DNA from: a virus
DNA: 48,555 nt
Virus record (IMG/VR): IMGVR_UViG_3300008807_000172
Span: 1 to 48,555 of that record
Reading direction: 5' to 3' (one strand)
The stretch's first letter is position 1; the number at the start of each line of letters is the position of its first letter. The translations under genes were made by a program, and so were the position numbers. The notes below the pieces were generated by a model that had not been told where the DNA came from, ran no database searches, and worked only from the letters and a program-made list of their open reading frames with translations. Of this stretch, positions 25,514 to 34,205 are shown one piece after another.

Positions 25514-26518
25514 TTAGACGACGAGGGTTTCGGTGTTGACCAGGGCGTCCGTCTCGTAGATCGGGATGCCGCGGTAGCTCATGATCTCGCGACCTTCGAC
25601 CTGCATGGGAGTCAGGCGGATGAAGTTGTCGGAGGCGCCCCGGTTGGTGCCGAGGCGGTCGAGAACCTCGAGCATGTCGCGGTTCATGTAGATGACCTGC
25701 TTGCCGCCCGGCACGCGGCGCGACTGCAGCCGGTAGTAGGCGGTGCGCAGGTAGTCGTAGAGGTTGACGCTGCCGGCGCGGGCATCGGACACGTCGATGT
25801 TGCAGATGCGGGCGTTGTAGCGCCAGTCCTTGACGGCCAGCCCGACGTGCATGGAGAACAGTTCCTCCTTCACGTAGTAGGGGTTGTTCGAGCCGTCGAG
25901 AACGCGCTGCTCGCCCTTGTCCTCGCGCTTGATGCCGCCCTGGGTGCCCTGCGGGTAAAGCAGGGTGGTGTGGTCGGGACCCCAGGTGACGAACCAGATC
26001 GAGGTGTTGTCGGAACCGGCGCCGCCGGCCTTGATCACCTGGTTGCCCAGGCTGCCGGTCGACAGGTTGTAGCGGGCGCCCAGGCCCTTGAACTTCTCGG
26101 GCGTGGTCGCGGTGTCGGCGTAGAAGACCGAGGACTCGAACTCCTGGGTCATGGCCTCCAGGAACGAGCGGGCTTCCGACAGGCGGACCTCGCCTTCGCT
26201 CTGGCCGGCGGCCGTGGCCAGGTCCAGCAGGCGCTTGTCGATGCCGGACAGGGCCTCGACGAAGCCGGTCGCGTCATCGACCTGTTGCTTGCTCGACTTG
26301 GATTGCGGGATGCCCTTGTAGAGCTGGCCCCAGGTCACCGACGGCAGACCCGTGCGGATCGAGTGCCGATGGGTCGTGCCCTGGTTGCACTCCACGGCGG
26401 TCGCGGTCTCCATGACCGGCGACAGCTGGGTGAGCAGTTCGATCGTCGCACCAATGGACTGGTTACCACCCTTGTGCAGGTCGATCAGGTCGAAGTAGGT
26501 GCCACCGATACCGGCCAT
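25514..26518 (-). CDS. Major capsid protein
   Basis: 334 aa after scaffold gene; typical size and position. Confidence 0.8.
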   Translation of the reverse strand: MAGIGGTYFDLIDLHKGGNQSIGATIELLTQLSPVMETATAVECNQGTTHRHSIRTGLPSVTWGQLYKGIPQSKSSKQQVDDATGFVEALSGIDKRLLDLATAAGQSEGEVRLSEARSFLEAMTQEFESSVFYADTATTPEKFKGLGARYNLSTGSLGNQVIKAGGAGSDNTSIWFVTWGPDHTTLLYPQGTQGGIKREDKGEQRVLDGSNNPYYVKEELFSMHVGLAVKDWRYNARICNIDVSDARAGSVNLYDYLRTAYYRLQSRRVPGGKQVIYMNRDMLEVLDRLGTNRGASDNFIRLTPMQVEGREIMSYRGIPIYETDALVNTETLVV

Positions 26519-26524
26519 CTAAGG

Positions 26525-27223
26525 TCAGCTCCCGTACATGCGTTGGGCGAGGGTCTTGGCTTCCGCCTCGCCTTGGGGTTGGGCGGAGATCGCCGGGTTG
26601 CTCGCTTTCGCGATCAGGGCCTCGAGGCCTTCCACGGCGTCCGCGGTGGCCATCAGGTCGAGGACGGCCTGCGCCTTGTCCCCGAGGTGTTGGTTCAGGC
26701 TGGCCGACACCGCCTCGATGCGGGCCTTGCCGTTGGCGCCCAGCTTGGCGAGCTCGGCGGTCATCTCGGCCTGGTAGGCGTCGGCCTGTTGCTTCTGCCC
26801 CTGCAGGATCTGGCCGGCATGGAAGGCCACCAGCTTGGTGAACGCCTCCTGGTTCAGGCCGAGCTCGGCCGCCAGGGCCTGCGCCTCCTTGGTCGCCGGG
26901 TCATCGGCGATCAGGCGCACCGGCTGGCCGTCGAGGCCGACGACGTTCTCCGGCAGGTCCAGCTTGTAGTCGGCGGCGGAGGCCGGCACGCCGTCCTTGC
27001 GGGCGGCTTCGGCGGCTTCCAGTTCGTCGGCGCGGGTCAGGCGCGCGGCCAGGTCGTCGCCCTTGGGCGCGTTGGCCTCGGCGTCCCAGTAGGACTCGGG
27101 GAGCCAGGCGGGGCGCTCGGGCGCGGCCGCCGTGACGACGGTTTCAGTCGACACGTTCAGGCCACGGTCGCCTTCAGAGGCTCCGGTCTGAACGTTCTCA
27201 TCCTGGGGTACAGGTTCGATCAT
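26525..27223 (-). CDS. Scaffolding protein
   Basis: Acidic Ala/Glu/Lys-rich 232-aa protein between portal and capsid genes. Confidence 0.6.
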   Translation of the reverse strand: MIEPVPQDENVQTGASEGDRGLNVSTETVVTAAAPERPAWLPESYWDAEANAPKGDDLAARLTRADELEAAEAARKDGVPASAADYKLDLPENVVGLDGQPVRLIADDPATKEAQALAAELGLNQEAFTKLVAFHAGQILQGQKQQADAYQAEMTAELAKLGANGKARIEAVSASLNQHLGDKAQAVLDLMATADAVEGLEALIAKASNPAISAQPQGEAEAKTLAQRMYGS

Positions 27224-27254
27224 GACCGCGAACCTGCGGCCTCAACCCCGCGCT

Positions 27255-27265
27255 CTCAACGCACG
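27255..27265 (-). promoter_or_regulatory. Late box CGTGCGTTGAG (copy 4)
   Basis: Exact 11-mer 31 nt before scaffold ATG 27223; followed by GTTGAGGCCGCAGG, which also follows copy 3. Confidence 0.6.
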
Positions 27266-27270
27266 GTGCT

Positions 27271-27516
27271 TCAGCCCTTCGGCTGCGCCATCTCGCGGAG
27301 TTTCATCACCAGCCGGCGCGCACCCTCGGCCTCGCGCAGGGCCGCGTCCGTGGCGTTCGGCGGATTGCCGGACACCGCCTCCTCCAGCAGGAAGGTGAAG
27401 AGGCGGCGGCCATCGGGTGTCCCAGCCAGGCGGGCGATCACCGTCTCAATCGGCTCCTCGGCGTCGGGCTTCTGGGCCACGACCACGGGGCGCAGGTCCG
27501 ACCACTTACGCGACAC
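27271..27516 (-). CDS. Hypothetical protein (81 aa)
   Basis: Overlaps portal gene end by 11 nt. Confidence 0.5.
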   Translation of the reverse strand: MSRKWSDLRPVVVAQKPDAEEPIETVIARLAGTPDGRRLFTFLLEEAVSGNPPNATDAALREAEGARRLVMKLREMAQPKG

Positions 27517-29005
27517 CGGCGCCCCCCATCTGCATCGCCGCCTCGGCCATCGCCTTCTGCTGGATTTCCTCGTCCGACATCATGACGATGTGCCGTTCCT
27601 TGGCGGTCTTCTTCAGCGCCTCGATGGTCGCCTTCTGGTCGATGGGAGCACCGCCCGCCGCGGCCGCGCCAACCTGCGCGATCATCGCCAGCATCTGGCC
27701 GGTGATCTGCACGTCCTCCAGGTCTTTCGCCTTGGACAGCGGCGAGACCGGGCGGACGTTCACGATGTCGCCGCCCTTCAGCTTGATGTCGGGCAGCTGG
27801 CCGCGTTCCTTGAGGATCCACGCCACGCGCTCGATGATCGGCAGCACCCACTCGCGCACGCAGCGATCACGCGGCAGTTCGCGACGGCGGGTGTTCCACT
27901 GCTTCTCGTCCAGCCACTGGGTCGCCGTCGGCGGCGTCTGGCCGGGCTGCTCGGGCCGGTCCTGGTACAGGGCCTTCTTGACCGCCTTCTTGAGTTCGTC
28001 GGCCTTGAAGATCATGGCGTCGAAGCGGACGTCCGGCGCAAGCGGCTCGGGCGCCTTGGACCCGGCGGCCATGGCCAGCCAGGTGCCGGGCTCGATTCCG
28101 CCCTCGGGGTTCATCACCCCGTCCTCCTCGTAAACCGTCACCGGGTCGACGGTCTTCTGGATGGCCTTGAGGCCAAGGTAGTTGAGCTCGTCCAGCACAC
28201 GGGCCGGAGGCGTCGCCTTGTGCGCCGGGCCAGGGCCCCATGCGGAGTCGGCCTGGTGTCTGAAGCGGCAGGCGATGATGGACGCAGCGCCGGCGCCGAC
28301 CGAGCGCTTGGCGTACTTCTCCTTGCCGTCGACGATAATGCGGTAGGTCCAGGCTTCCTCGCCCGGCACGCTGTAGTCGCGGTCGCAGCCGTCATAGACG
28401 ACCGAGACCTTGTGCCGGCTGCGCTCATCAGGTGCGGGAAAGATCGTCGGCCACAGCTGGTTCAGCCCGGCCGCCGTCAGCTTCATCTCGCGCCAGCGAC
28501 CCGTGGTCGAGCCGTCGGCGCCGCGCTCCAGCAACAGATCCGCCAGTTCGATCGGCTGGAAATGAATGGGCTCGAGCGGCCCCATGTCGGAGACCGCCAC
28601 GGCCATGGCCGAGACCGCCCAGAAGGTGAAGCACTCCTGCGCTGCGTCCCAGTAGTTGGACCGCTCCAGCTCGTCCCAGATGCGGTCGCCATAATCCTTC
28701 AGCGCGACCTCGATCTCGCGCTTGGCTTCCGGCGAGATGCCCTCGTACGGCTGCATGTCCACCCACCGCTCGTGTCGCGGGGTGAATGTGCCGATCATGT
28801 CGGACGCAAAGTCCTCGACCGTCTCCTGCAGAGTGGTGTCGAAGAGGTCGTCCTGGTCCTCGGTGCGGGCCTGCGCCTCGCGCTCGCGGTCCAGATGGCG
28901 ATAGGTCGGCAGGCCCAGGCGCAGGATGTCGTTGATCCACGGCGCGTGCCGGCTGCGGTCCTGCTTGGCCCGCTCGATGCGCTTGAGGATGAGAGGAGCC
29001 GCCAT
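27506..29005 (-). CDS. Portal (T7-like head-to-tail connector) protein
   Basis: 499 aa; position between TerL region and scaffold; general resemblance to podovirus connectors. Confidence 0.8.
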   Translation of the reverse strand: MAAPLILKRIERAKQDRSRHAPWINDILRLGLPTYRHLDREREAQARTEDQDDLFDTTLQETVEDFASDMIGTFTPRHERWVDMQPYEGISPEAKREIEVALKDYGDRIWDELERSNYWDAAQECFTFWAVSAMAVAVSDMGPLEPIHFQPIELADLLLERGADGSTTGRWREMKLTAAGLNQLWPTIFPAPDERSRHKVSVVYDGCDRDYSVPGEEAWTYRIIVDGKEKYAKRSVGAGAASIIACRFRHQADSAWGPGPAHKATPPARVLDELNYLGLKAIQKTVDPVTVYEEDGVMNPEGGIEPGTWLAMAAGSKAPEPLAPDVRFDAMIFKADELKKAVKKALYQDRPEQPGQTPPTATQWLDEKQWNTRRRELPRDRCVREWVLPIIERVAWILKERGQLPDIKLKGGDIVNVRPVSPLSKAKDLEDVQITGQMLAMIAQVGAAAAGGAPIDQKATIEALKKTAKERHIVMMSDEEIQQKAMAEAAMQMGGAGVA

Positions 29006-29337
29006 CAGACGAGATTCACCAGGCTGCCGCTACGGCGCGATCCACCGCCGGCGGATCCGCCGCTCGCCAGGGACTGGGCGACCGCGGCGGACACATTGAT
29101 CAGACCGGGCGCGCTGGTCGAGGTGGGGGTGAAGCCGCCGGTCGCGAAGCTGGCCAGCGAGCCGGAGCCCAGCTTGCCGAAGCGGCGGCTGCGGCGCAGG
29201 GTATCGAGCGACAGATAGTTCTGCGTCTCGTCGATGCGATTGTTCTCGGCGCGCACGCGCTCCTGTTCGACGCGAGCCTCTTCGGCCAGGCGCGCGGCCT
29301 TGGCGGCTTTGGACTCGCCCGGCGCTTTGCTCATCAT
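29005..29337 (-). CDS. Hypothetical virion-module protein (110 aa)
   Basis: Start moved to ATG 29337 (MMSKAPGESK); rest of 239-aa track ORF overlaps the neighbouring gene. Confidence 0.5.
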   Translation of the reverse strand: MMSKAPGESKAAKAARLAEEARVEQERVRAENNRIDETQNYLSLDTLRRSRRFGKLGSGSLASFATGGFTPTSTSAPGLINVSAAVAQSLASGGSAGGGSRRSGSLVNLV

Positions 29338-29774
29338 GCGGATTTGACCTCGAACGCTGGGACTGCGCCTTGAGCCACCAGATCGCGGTAAAGAGCCTGC
29401 GGCCTCAACGCACGGGAATTGACGCCCAGCAGGTGGGCCACGGCCGGCGCGCACCAGAAGGTCAACTTGAGCCACCAGGGGCGCGGGTGCGGCTCGTCTG
29501 GAATCTCGCTGCGCAAGAAGCGAGCATGGCGTGGCAGGGTCGACATCCAGGCCGACCACACCTCGCGGCTCATGACCCGAATGTTGGTCCGGTTGAAGGT
29601 CACGTCGTACAGCACCCAGACGTCGGGGCCGGGGTAGAAGGTGAAGGCGCAGACGTGGCGGAAGCCGGGCTTGCAGATGCGGTCCCACCACCAGCGGTTC
29701 TCGTTGCCGTAGAAGGCGGTCCACCAGACGGATGGGATGGGGGCGAGGTCCGCCTGTTCAAGAGCCGCCATCAC
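29334..29774 (-). CDS. Hypothetical Trp-rich protein (146 aa)
   Basis: ATGA overlap with TerL stop; contains late box copy 3 in its 3' coding part. Confidence 0.55.
   Translation of the reverse strand: MMAALEQADLAPIPSVWWTAFYGNENRWWWDRICKPGFRHVCAFTFYPGPDVWVLYDVTFNRTNIRVMSREVWSAWMSTLPRHARFLRSEIPDEPHPRPWWLKLTFWCAPAVAHLLGVNSRALRPQALYRDLVAQGAVPAFEVKSA
29405..29415 (-). promoter_or_regulatory. Late box CGTGCGTTGAG (copy 3, inside coding sequence)
   Basis: Exact 11-mer, 68 nt before ATG 29337. Confidence 0.5.
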
Positions 29775-31363
29775 CGCCCCCTCAAGGCAAGCGCCGGCCT
29801 GGCGCCGCGATCAAACACCCGGCCCATCTGCAGCGTCTTGATCGGGCGCGGCCGTTCGCCCCCGAACAGCATGTCGGTGCCCTCGCCCATGCCGATGACC
29901 ATGTACTGGAACGCCTCGACGACGTGGCTGTACTGGTTCTTGACGATGGAGTCGGACTTGTAGATGCCCGTCGGGCTGGCCACGTCCTTGAACTGGTAGC
30001 CGCCTTGCAGGCCCGACGAGAGCATGCGGCACGACGGGTCGATGGCCAGGGCCTGCATGCCGTCGATCTGGCGGTTCAGCACCCGCTCGATCAGATCCTT
30101 GCGCCCCATCGGTCCGTTCATCCGGTTGGCGCCCGGCGCCTTCTGGATCATCAGGCCGTTCTTGCGGAAGATCTGGAACGCCGTCGTGGCGTCGGTCTGC
30201 ACCCGGATGTCGCCGCCGGGGTCGCCGAACAGCCGCATGCGCGTGGTGTCCAGCTGTGGCCAGCGGCGCAGCAGTTCCGCCTTGACCATGGGCGCGAAGG
30301 TGTCGGACCCGATGTCCTCGGCGTACATCTCCAGCAGGACGTAGATGCGGCCGCGCACATAGTGGCCGAACACGGCGGCCGGGGTGATGCCGAAGTCGAA
30401 GCCGCCGTACAGGTCGAGCTCGGGCTGAAAGGTCAGCGGACTCCTCGAGACGTGGCGATCGGCGGAAAAGGTCGGGTACACCGCCCTCCCCTTCATGATC
30501 GCCGCGGGCCTGTTCAGCAGGTTGGCGTCGATCCACGCCTTGGTGTTGCCTGCCACCTTCTTGGCGTAGTAATCGCCGGCGTTGCGCAGCCAGCGTAGGT
30601 TCTCCGCCGCCGGGTTGACCTCGTACCGCTCGACCTCGTTCCGCTCGTTCAGCACCTCGATCAGCGCAGGCGGCTGTTGGAACAGGCGCCAGTCATCGGG
30701 CCTGGCATGCTGGCGCACCTGGTCCGGGGTGAAGTGGTCCGGCATGGGGGTCAAGCCGAACATGATCGGCACCCAGTGCAGGGCCTCGGGCGCGTTCATG
30801 TCGGCGATCACGCCGGCCCAGGCGCAGCCGCCATCCTTCACCGCCGGGTAGCGGCCCGTCCGCGACAGGCCCTCGGTGAACATGGTGAGCGGGATGTACT
30901 GCAGCTCGTTGAAGTAGATGCCGGTCACTTCCAGCGAGCGCAGCTTCTTGACGTCGTCCTCCTTCTCCAGCGCCAGGAAGATGAAGTCCGCCTCGATGTC
31001 GCCATAGCGCATGTGGTAGGTGAACGGCGGCGACCAGGACATGTAGCCGAACCCGTCGCCCTTGGGGCTGTCCGGGAACATCTCGGTGAAGGCCGCGATG
31101 GTCGTGGTCTTCAGCTCGGGGTAGGTCTGGCGCACCACCAGCCAGCGGGAGCGGCGCTTGCCATCACGCTGCGCCGGCTGCTCGGAGCAGTGCAGCAGCA
31201 TCCGCATGATGACGTCGCGCGTCTTGCCGGACCCGATGGGCCCCTGGATGATCGCCACCTCCGTGCGGTCGTGCAGGAACTGCTCGAGCACCCAGCCGTC
31301 CGGCTCGAACCGGATGGGCTCGGGCGCCGGGGTGGAGCTACGGTTTGTGGATTTGCGCGCCAT
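29771..31363 (-). CDS. terL: Terminase large subunit
   Basis: Walker A IIQGPIGSGKT; 530 aa; precedes portal region. Confidence 0.9.
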   Translation of the reverse strand: MARKSTNRSSTPAPEPIRFEPDGWVLEQFLHDRTEVAIIQGPIGSGKTRDVIMRMLLHCSEQPAQRDGKRRSRWLVVRQTYPELKTTTIAAFTEMFPDSPKGDGFGYMSWSPPFTYHMRYGDIEADFIFLALEKEDDVKKLRSLEVTGIYFNELQYIPLTMFTEGLSRTGRYPAVKDGGCAWAGVIADMNAPEALHWVPIMFGLTPMPDHFTPDQVRQHARPDDWRLFQQPPALIEVLNERNEVERYEVNPAAENLRWLRNAGDYYAKKVAGNTKAWIDANLLNRPAAIMKGRAVYPTFSADRHVSRSPLTFQPELDLYGGFDFGITPAAVFGHYVRGRIYVLLEMYAEDIGSDTFAPMVKAELLRRWPQLDTTRMRLFGDPGGDIRVQTDATTAFQIFRKNGLMIQKAPGANRMNGPMGRKDLIERVLNRQIDGMQALAIDPSCRMLSSGLQGGYQFKDVASPTGIYKSDSIVKNQYSHVVEAFQYMVIGMGEGTDMLFGGERPRPIKTLQMGRVFDRGARPALALRGR

Positions 31364-31395
31364 GCCCGCGCAGGAGGCGCTTTGGCCCCCTGACC

Positions 31396-31406
31396 CTCAA
31401 CGCACG
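31396..31406 (-). promoter_or_regulatory. Late box CGTGCGTTGAG (copy 2)
   Basis: Exact 11-mer 32 nt before TerL ATG 31363. Confidence 0.6.
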
Positions 31407-31408
31407 GG

Positions 31409-31708
31409 CTAGAAGCCGATGCGGTAGGTCGCAGTGCCGGACGAGTAGGCCGTGCAGTTCAGCCGGTAGCGCACGCCAGGCTCCGGCTCCTCGACCGTGA
31501 AGCTGGCGCCGGCCGTGAACGCGGCGTCGGACAGATCGGGCTTGCTGCACACGATCCAGGTCGATCCGGCGTCAAAGGACCGCTCCAGCTTGACCGTCGC
31601 GCTGAAGGTTCCCGAGATCGAGACGTTGAACTTCCCACTCAGGGCGGCGGGCGGCGTGAAGGACGAGCTCTGGCCGGTCGCGGTGAAGGATCCAGATACG
31701 GCGGTCAA
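31409..31708 (-). CDS. Small late protein, paralogue B (99 aa)
   Basis: TTG start with GGGAG upstream; paralogue of 15282..15587. Confidence 0.65.
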   Translation of the reverse strand: MTAVSGSFTATGQSSSFTPPAALSGKFNVSISGTFSATVKLERSFDAGSTWIVCSKPDLSDAAFTAGASFTVEEPEPGVRYRLNCTAYSSGTATYRIGF

Positions 31709-31755
31709 GGCAGGCTCCCGATTGGAGCCCGAAAGTCGCGCGCGGGGGTCAGGCC

Positions 31756-31766
31756 CTCAACGCACG
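31756..31766 (-). promoter_or_regulatory. Late box CGTGCGTTGAG (copy 1)
   Basis: Exact 11-mer abutting the stop codon of 31767..31928, 47 nt before TTG 31708. Confidence 0.6.
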
Positions 31767-31928
31767 CTAGTCGCCATCCTCATCATCATACTCGGTCGGC
31801 AGCGCCGGCTCGGGCATCAGGTCGTGCTCGTCAGGCGGAAGGCCGTAGGTCTTGCGCCAGGCTTTGCGGTGTTCGCGGCGCTGGCGGGCGTAGTTGGCGT
31901 AGGCGCGTTTCCAGGGGATGGGTTTCAT
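31767..31928 (-). CDS. Hypothetical basic/acidic small protein (53 aa)
   Basis: ATG 31928 in ATGA overlap. Confidence 0.4.
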   Translation of the reverse strand: MKPIPWKRAYANYARQRREHRKAWRKTYGLPPDEHDLMPEPALPTEYDDEDGD

Positions 31929-32116
31929 TCGGAGGACCCGTCGCGGCTGGCGTACCAGGCATCGCCGCGATACCACTTGCGGAAATCAGCCATCATCCCC
32001 TGCGCTCGAGCGTGGTTCCACATCGCCTGCGCTATCTTGGCGTAGAAGTAGATTACAACGACCACGCCTGATCCCGCCATAACGGTGTAGCCGATCCATT
32101 GAGCAAACTGATTCAT
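31925..32116 (-). CDS. Small membrane protein (63 aa)
   Basis: WIGYTVMAGSGVVVVIYFYAKIA TM segment; ATGA coupling. Confidence 0.5.
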   Translation of the reverse strand: MNQFAQWIGYTVMAGSGVVVVIYFYAKIAQAMWNHARAQGMMADFRKWYRGDAWYASRDGSSE

Positions 32117-33285
32117 GCCGCCTCCAACATCTCCGGCGTCACCGACACCTCCCCGACCTTTCCGAACCGCTCATGGTAGGTGATGCCCAGGGCCCGGCGC
32201 TCCGCATGCCACCCGCCCCGCGCCGCGTAGGCGTCCCGCGCCGCCAGGGTTGGGTGCTGGTGCACGCTCATGCCCGAGTGCTCCTTGACCTCCTCATGGT
32301 GGCGGTGGCCGGTGTGGCAGTAGCGCTTGGTCGTGGCGCCCCACATGGCAGGGAACTGGGCGGCGAAGAGGAGCGGCAGCTGGTCGTTCTTGCGCATGTG
32401 CCCATGGTGGAAGGCCAGCATGACGTCGCCATGCTGGACGGCGTAGTAGGGCAACTCGGAGTCGTTGACGTCCAGGCGCGGCTCGTTCTCGTACAGGGCC
32501 TTGAACATGTGCCGCAGCCAGAGGCTCGAGGCGATGTCGTGGTTGCCCTCGCAGATCAGCAGATGGACTCGCTCATGCCGCATCAGGGCCCAGTCGACCA
32601 TGCGGCGGATGCACTTGATCGCCACCGCCACGACCTTGGAGAAGCGGCCATCGGCGTCGAGGACGTGGTGGCTGGTCGGCGTCACTGGCATCAGGCCGTC
32701 GGCATGCAGGAAGTCGCCCTGGACGTTCACCACCGCCATGCCGGCCACGGGCGAGGCCGCGATCATGCGCTCGAAGGCGCCCATCAGCGTGGCCTCGGCG
32801 ATGCGCAGGTCCCAGTCGGCCCCACCCTCCAGCCGCCAGGCCATCGCGCCCATGTGGAAGTCGGTGATCGTGAACAGGTTGCACAGCTGGCGGGCCGCGT
32901 GCTCGGGCCCCTCCAGCGGATCCAGCCGCGGCAGTTCGGCGGACATGGCCTCGGTCGCCGCGCGCATGGCGGCCTCGCGCCGCTCATCGTCCAGCCTCGA
33001 CTTGACCCACTGCAGCTTGACCTCGCCGTCCTTGCCGTAGAGCGTCGAGACGCCCTTGGCGACGTGGGGGTCCGGCACGGTGTTCGTCCAGCCGTGCTCC
33101 GGCGAGTAGGCCCGCTCGGCCGCCCGCTTCTTCAGCCCCCGCAACGAACGGCCGATCACGTCGTTGGCCAGGCCCAGTGCGCGCTCCGCCGAGCTGATGG
33201 AGCCGTGCATATTCACCGCATCCACGAACTCGGCCTGCCGGCCCTGGGCCCAGCGCTTAAGGGCGGGGTCGAGGATGTCGGTCAA
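32113..33285 (-). CDS. Calcineurin-like metallophosphoesterase with N-terminal HTH-like domain
   Basis: ITDFHMG, VQGDFLHADG, ICEGNHD, AFHHGH, HTGHRHH = complete MPE motif set. Confidence 0.7.
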   Translation of the reverse strand: MTDILDPALKRWAQGRQAEFVDAVNMHGSISSAERALGLANDVIGRSLRGLKKRAAERAYSPEHGWTNTVPDPHVAKGVSTLYGKDGEVKLQWVKSRLDDERREAAMRAATEAMSAELPRLDPLEGPEHAARQLCNLFTITDFHMGAMAWRLEGGADWDLRIAEATLMGAFERMIAASPVAGMAVVNVQGDFLHADGLMPVTPTSHHVLDADGRFSKVVAVAIKCIRRMVDWALMRHERVHLLICEGNHDIASSLWLRHMFKALYENEPRLDVNDSELPYYAVQHGDVMLAFHHGHMRKNDQLPLLFAAQFPAMWGATTKRYCHTGHRHHEEVKEHSGMSVHQHPTLAARDAYAARGGWHAERRALGITYHERFGKVGEVSVTPEMLEAA

Positions 33286-33331
33286 GAATTGCCGCCCCAG
33301 CCGTCAATCCAGCCGGTGTCGATTTCTCGGT

Positions 33332-33859
33332 TCATGGCTTAGCCTCCCAAACCTTCCGCTGCTGCTCGTTCCAGTCCAGCAGTCCGATCACCTGGGTGCG
33401 GCAGGCGTAGTAGGCGCCGGCCCAGTCGACGAGGGTTCCGGCCGCGTCAGAGGCGGTAACATCGGAGGGACTGTCGAAAGGTTCCCCGGCAGGCGGGGCC
33501 ACGGCTGCTTCGGAACCTGCGGCGGCACGGTCGAGCACGCGCACAAAGCCAACAGGCAGAGGATAGCGGCGGTCGGTTTCAGGCGAGACATAGACGGGCA
33601 CCTCTCGGATGATGTCGCGGTAGACGATGCGGACGGCCGCCTGGCGGGCTTCGGTTCGGGCGCCCACGGACTCCGTCACGCGCGCGGCCTTGTCGGTTTT
33701 GGCGATCACCTTGATCGCGGCCTTGGTATCCTTCCGCGCCGCCGAGACCTTGGCATTCGCCGCCATCTGGTCTCGGAGCCACCAGGTTGAGCCGGCGCCG
33801 GATGCGAATCCGATGGCCGTGGCGATGGCGAGGGGTTTCCAGATGGGGAGGAGGTTCAT
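33332..33859 (-). CDS. i-spanin (Rz-like)
   Basis: ATG 33859; N-terminal TM PLAIATAIGFASGAGSTWW, then Lys/Ala-rich helical region. Confidence 0.7.
   Translation of the reverse strand: MNLLPIWKPLAIATAIGFASGAGSTWWLRDQMAANAKVSAARKDTKAAIKVIAKTDKAARVTESVGARTEARQAAVRIVYRDIIREVPVYVSPETDRRYPLPVGFVRVLDRAAAGSEAAVAPPAGEPFDSPSDVTASDAAGTLVDWAGAYYACRTQVIGLLDWNEQQRKVWEAKP
33388..33591 (-). CDS. o-spanin (Rz1-like lipoprotein) embedded out of frame in the Rz gene
   Basis: AILCLLALCACS lipobox-like signal followed by Pro-rich sequence; entirely inside 33332..33859. Confidence 0.65.
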   Translation of the reverse strand: MSRLKPTAAILCLLALCACSTVPPQVPKQPWPRLPGNLSTVPPMLPPLTRPEPSSTGPAPTTPAAPR

Positions 33860-34071
33860 GCGGCGGCCTTTCGGCGCTCTAGGATTTCCGCCAGTCGCTT
33901 GGCCTCCTGCTCCGCGATGCAATCGGCGAGGTTCAGGTCAGGGTCTTGGGCGGACAGCCACTGAGCCGTCCCCATGCAGTGCGCCTCGCCCATCTCCCAC
34001 ATCTCGAGGTGGGTCAGGTTGTGCTTGGCCTGCATGGCGTTGAGTTGGTCGGCCATGGTCATGTTAATCAC
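33856..34071 (-). CDS. Hypothetical protein (about 69-71 aa)
   Basis: GTG 34071 or ATG 34063 (AAGGGTG upstream); ATGA overlap with Rz start. Confidence 0.5.
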   Translation of the reverse strand: MINMTMADQLNAMQAKHNLTHLEMWEMGEAHCMGTAQWLSAQDPDLNLADCIAEQEAKRLAEILERRKAAA

Positions 34072-34106
34072 CCTTGCTCATCTTGAGGTTCTGGCGCGAC
34101 GCACGC

Positions 34107-34205
34107 TCATGGAAAGGCCGGCGGGTCGGGGTGGACGAGGATCACAATGGCGACGACCATCAGCGCGAGGCACACGCCGGCCATGAAGGAGGCGGGGTCG
34201 AACAT
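34107..34205 (-). CDS. 32-aa membrane micro-protein
   Basis: Own translation MFDPASFMAGVCLALMVVAIVILVHPDPPAFP; ATGA overlap with upstream stop. Confidence 0.4.
   Translation of the reverse strand: MFDPASFMAGVCLALMVVAIVILVHPDPPAFP

Noticed and set aside
25847-29218. 1123-aa plus-strand ORF
   Set aside because: It is antisense to the capsid, scaffold and portal genes. It is a shadow ORF for the same reasons.
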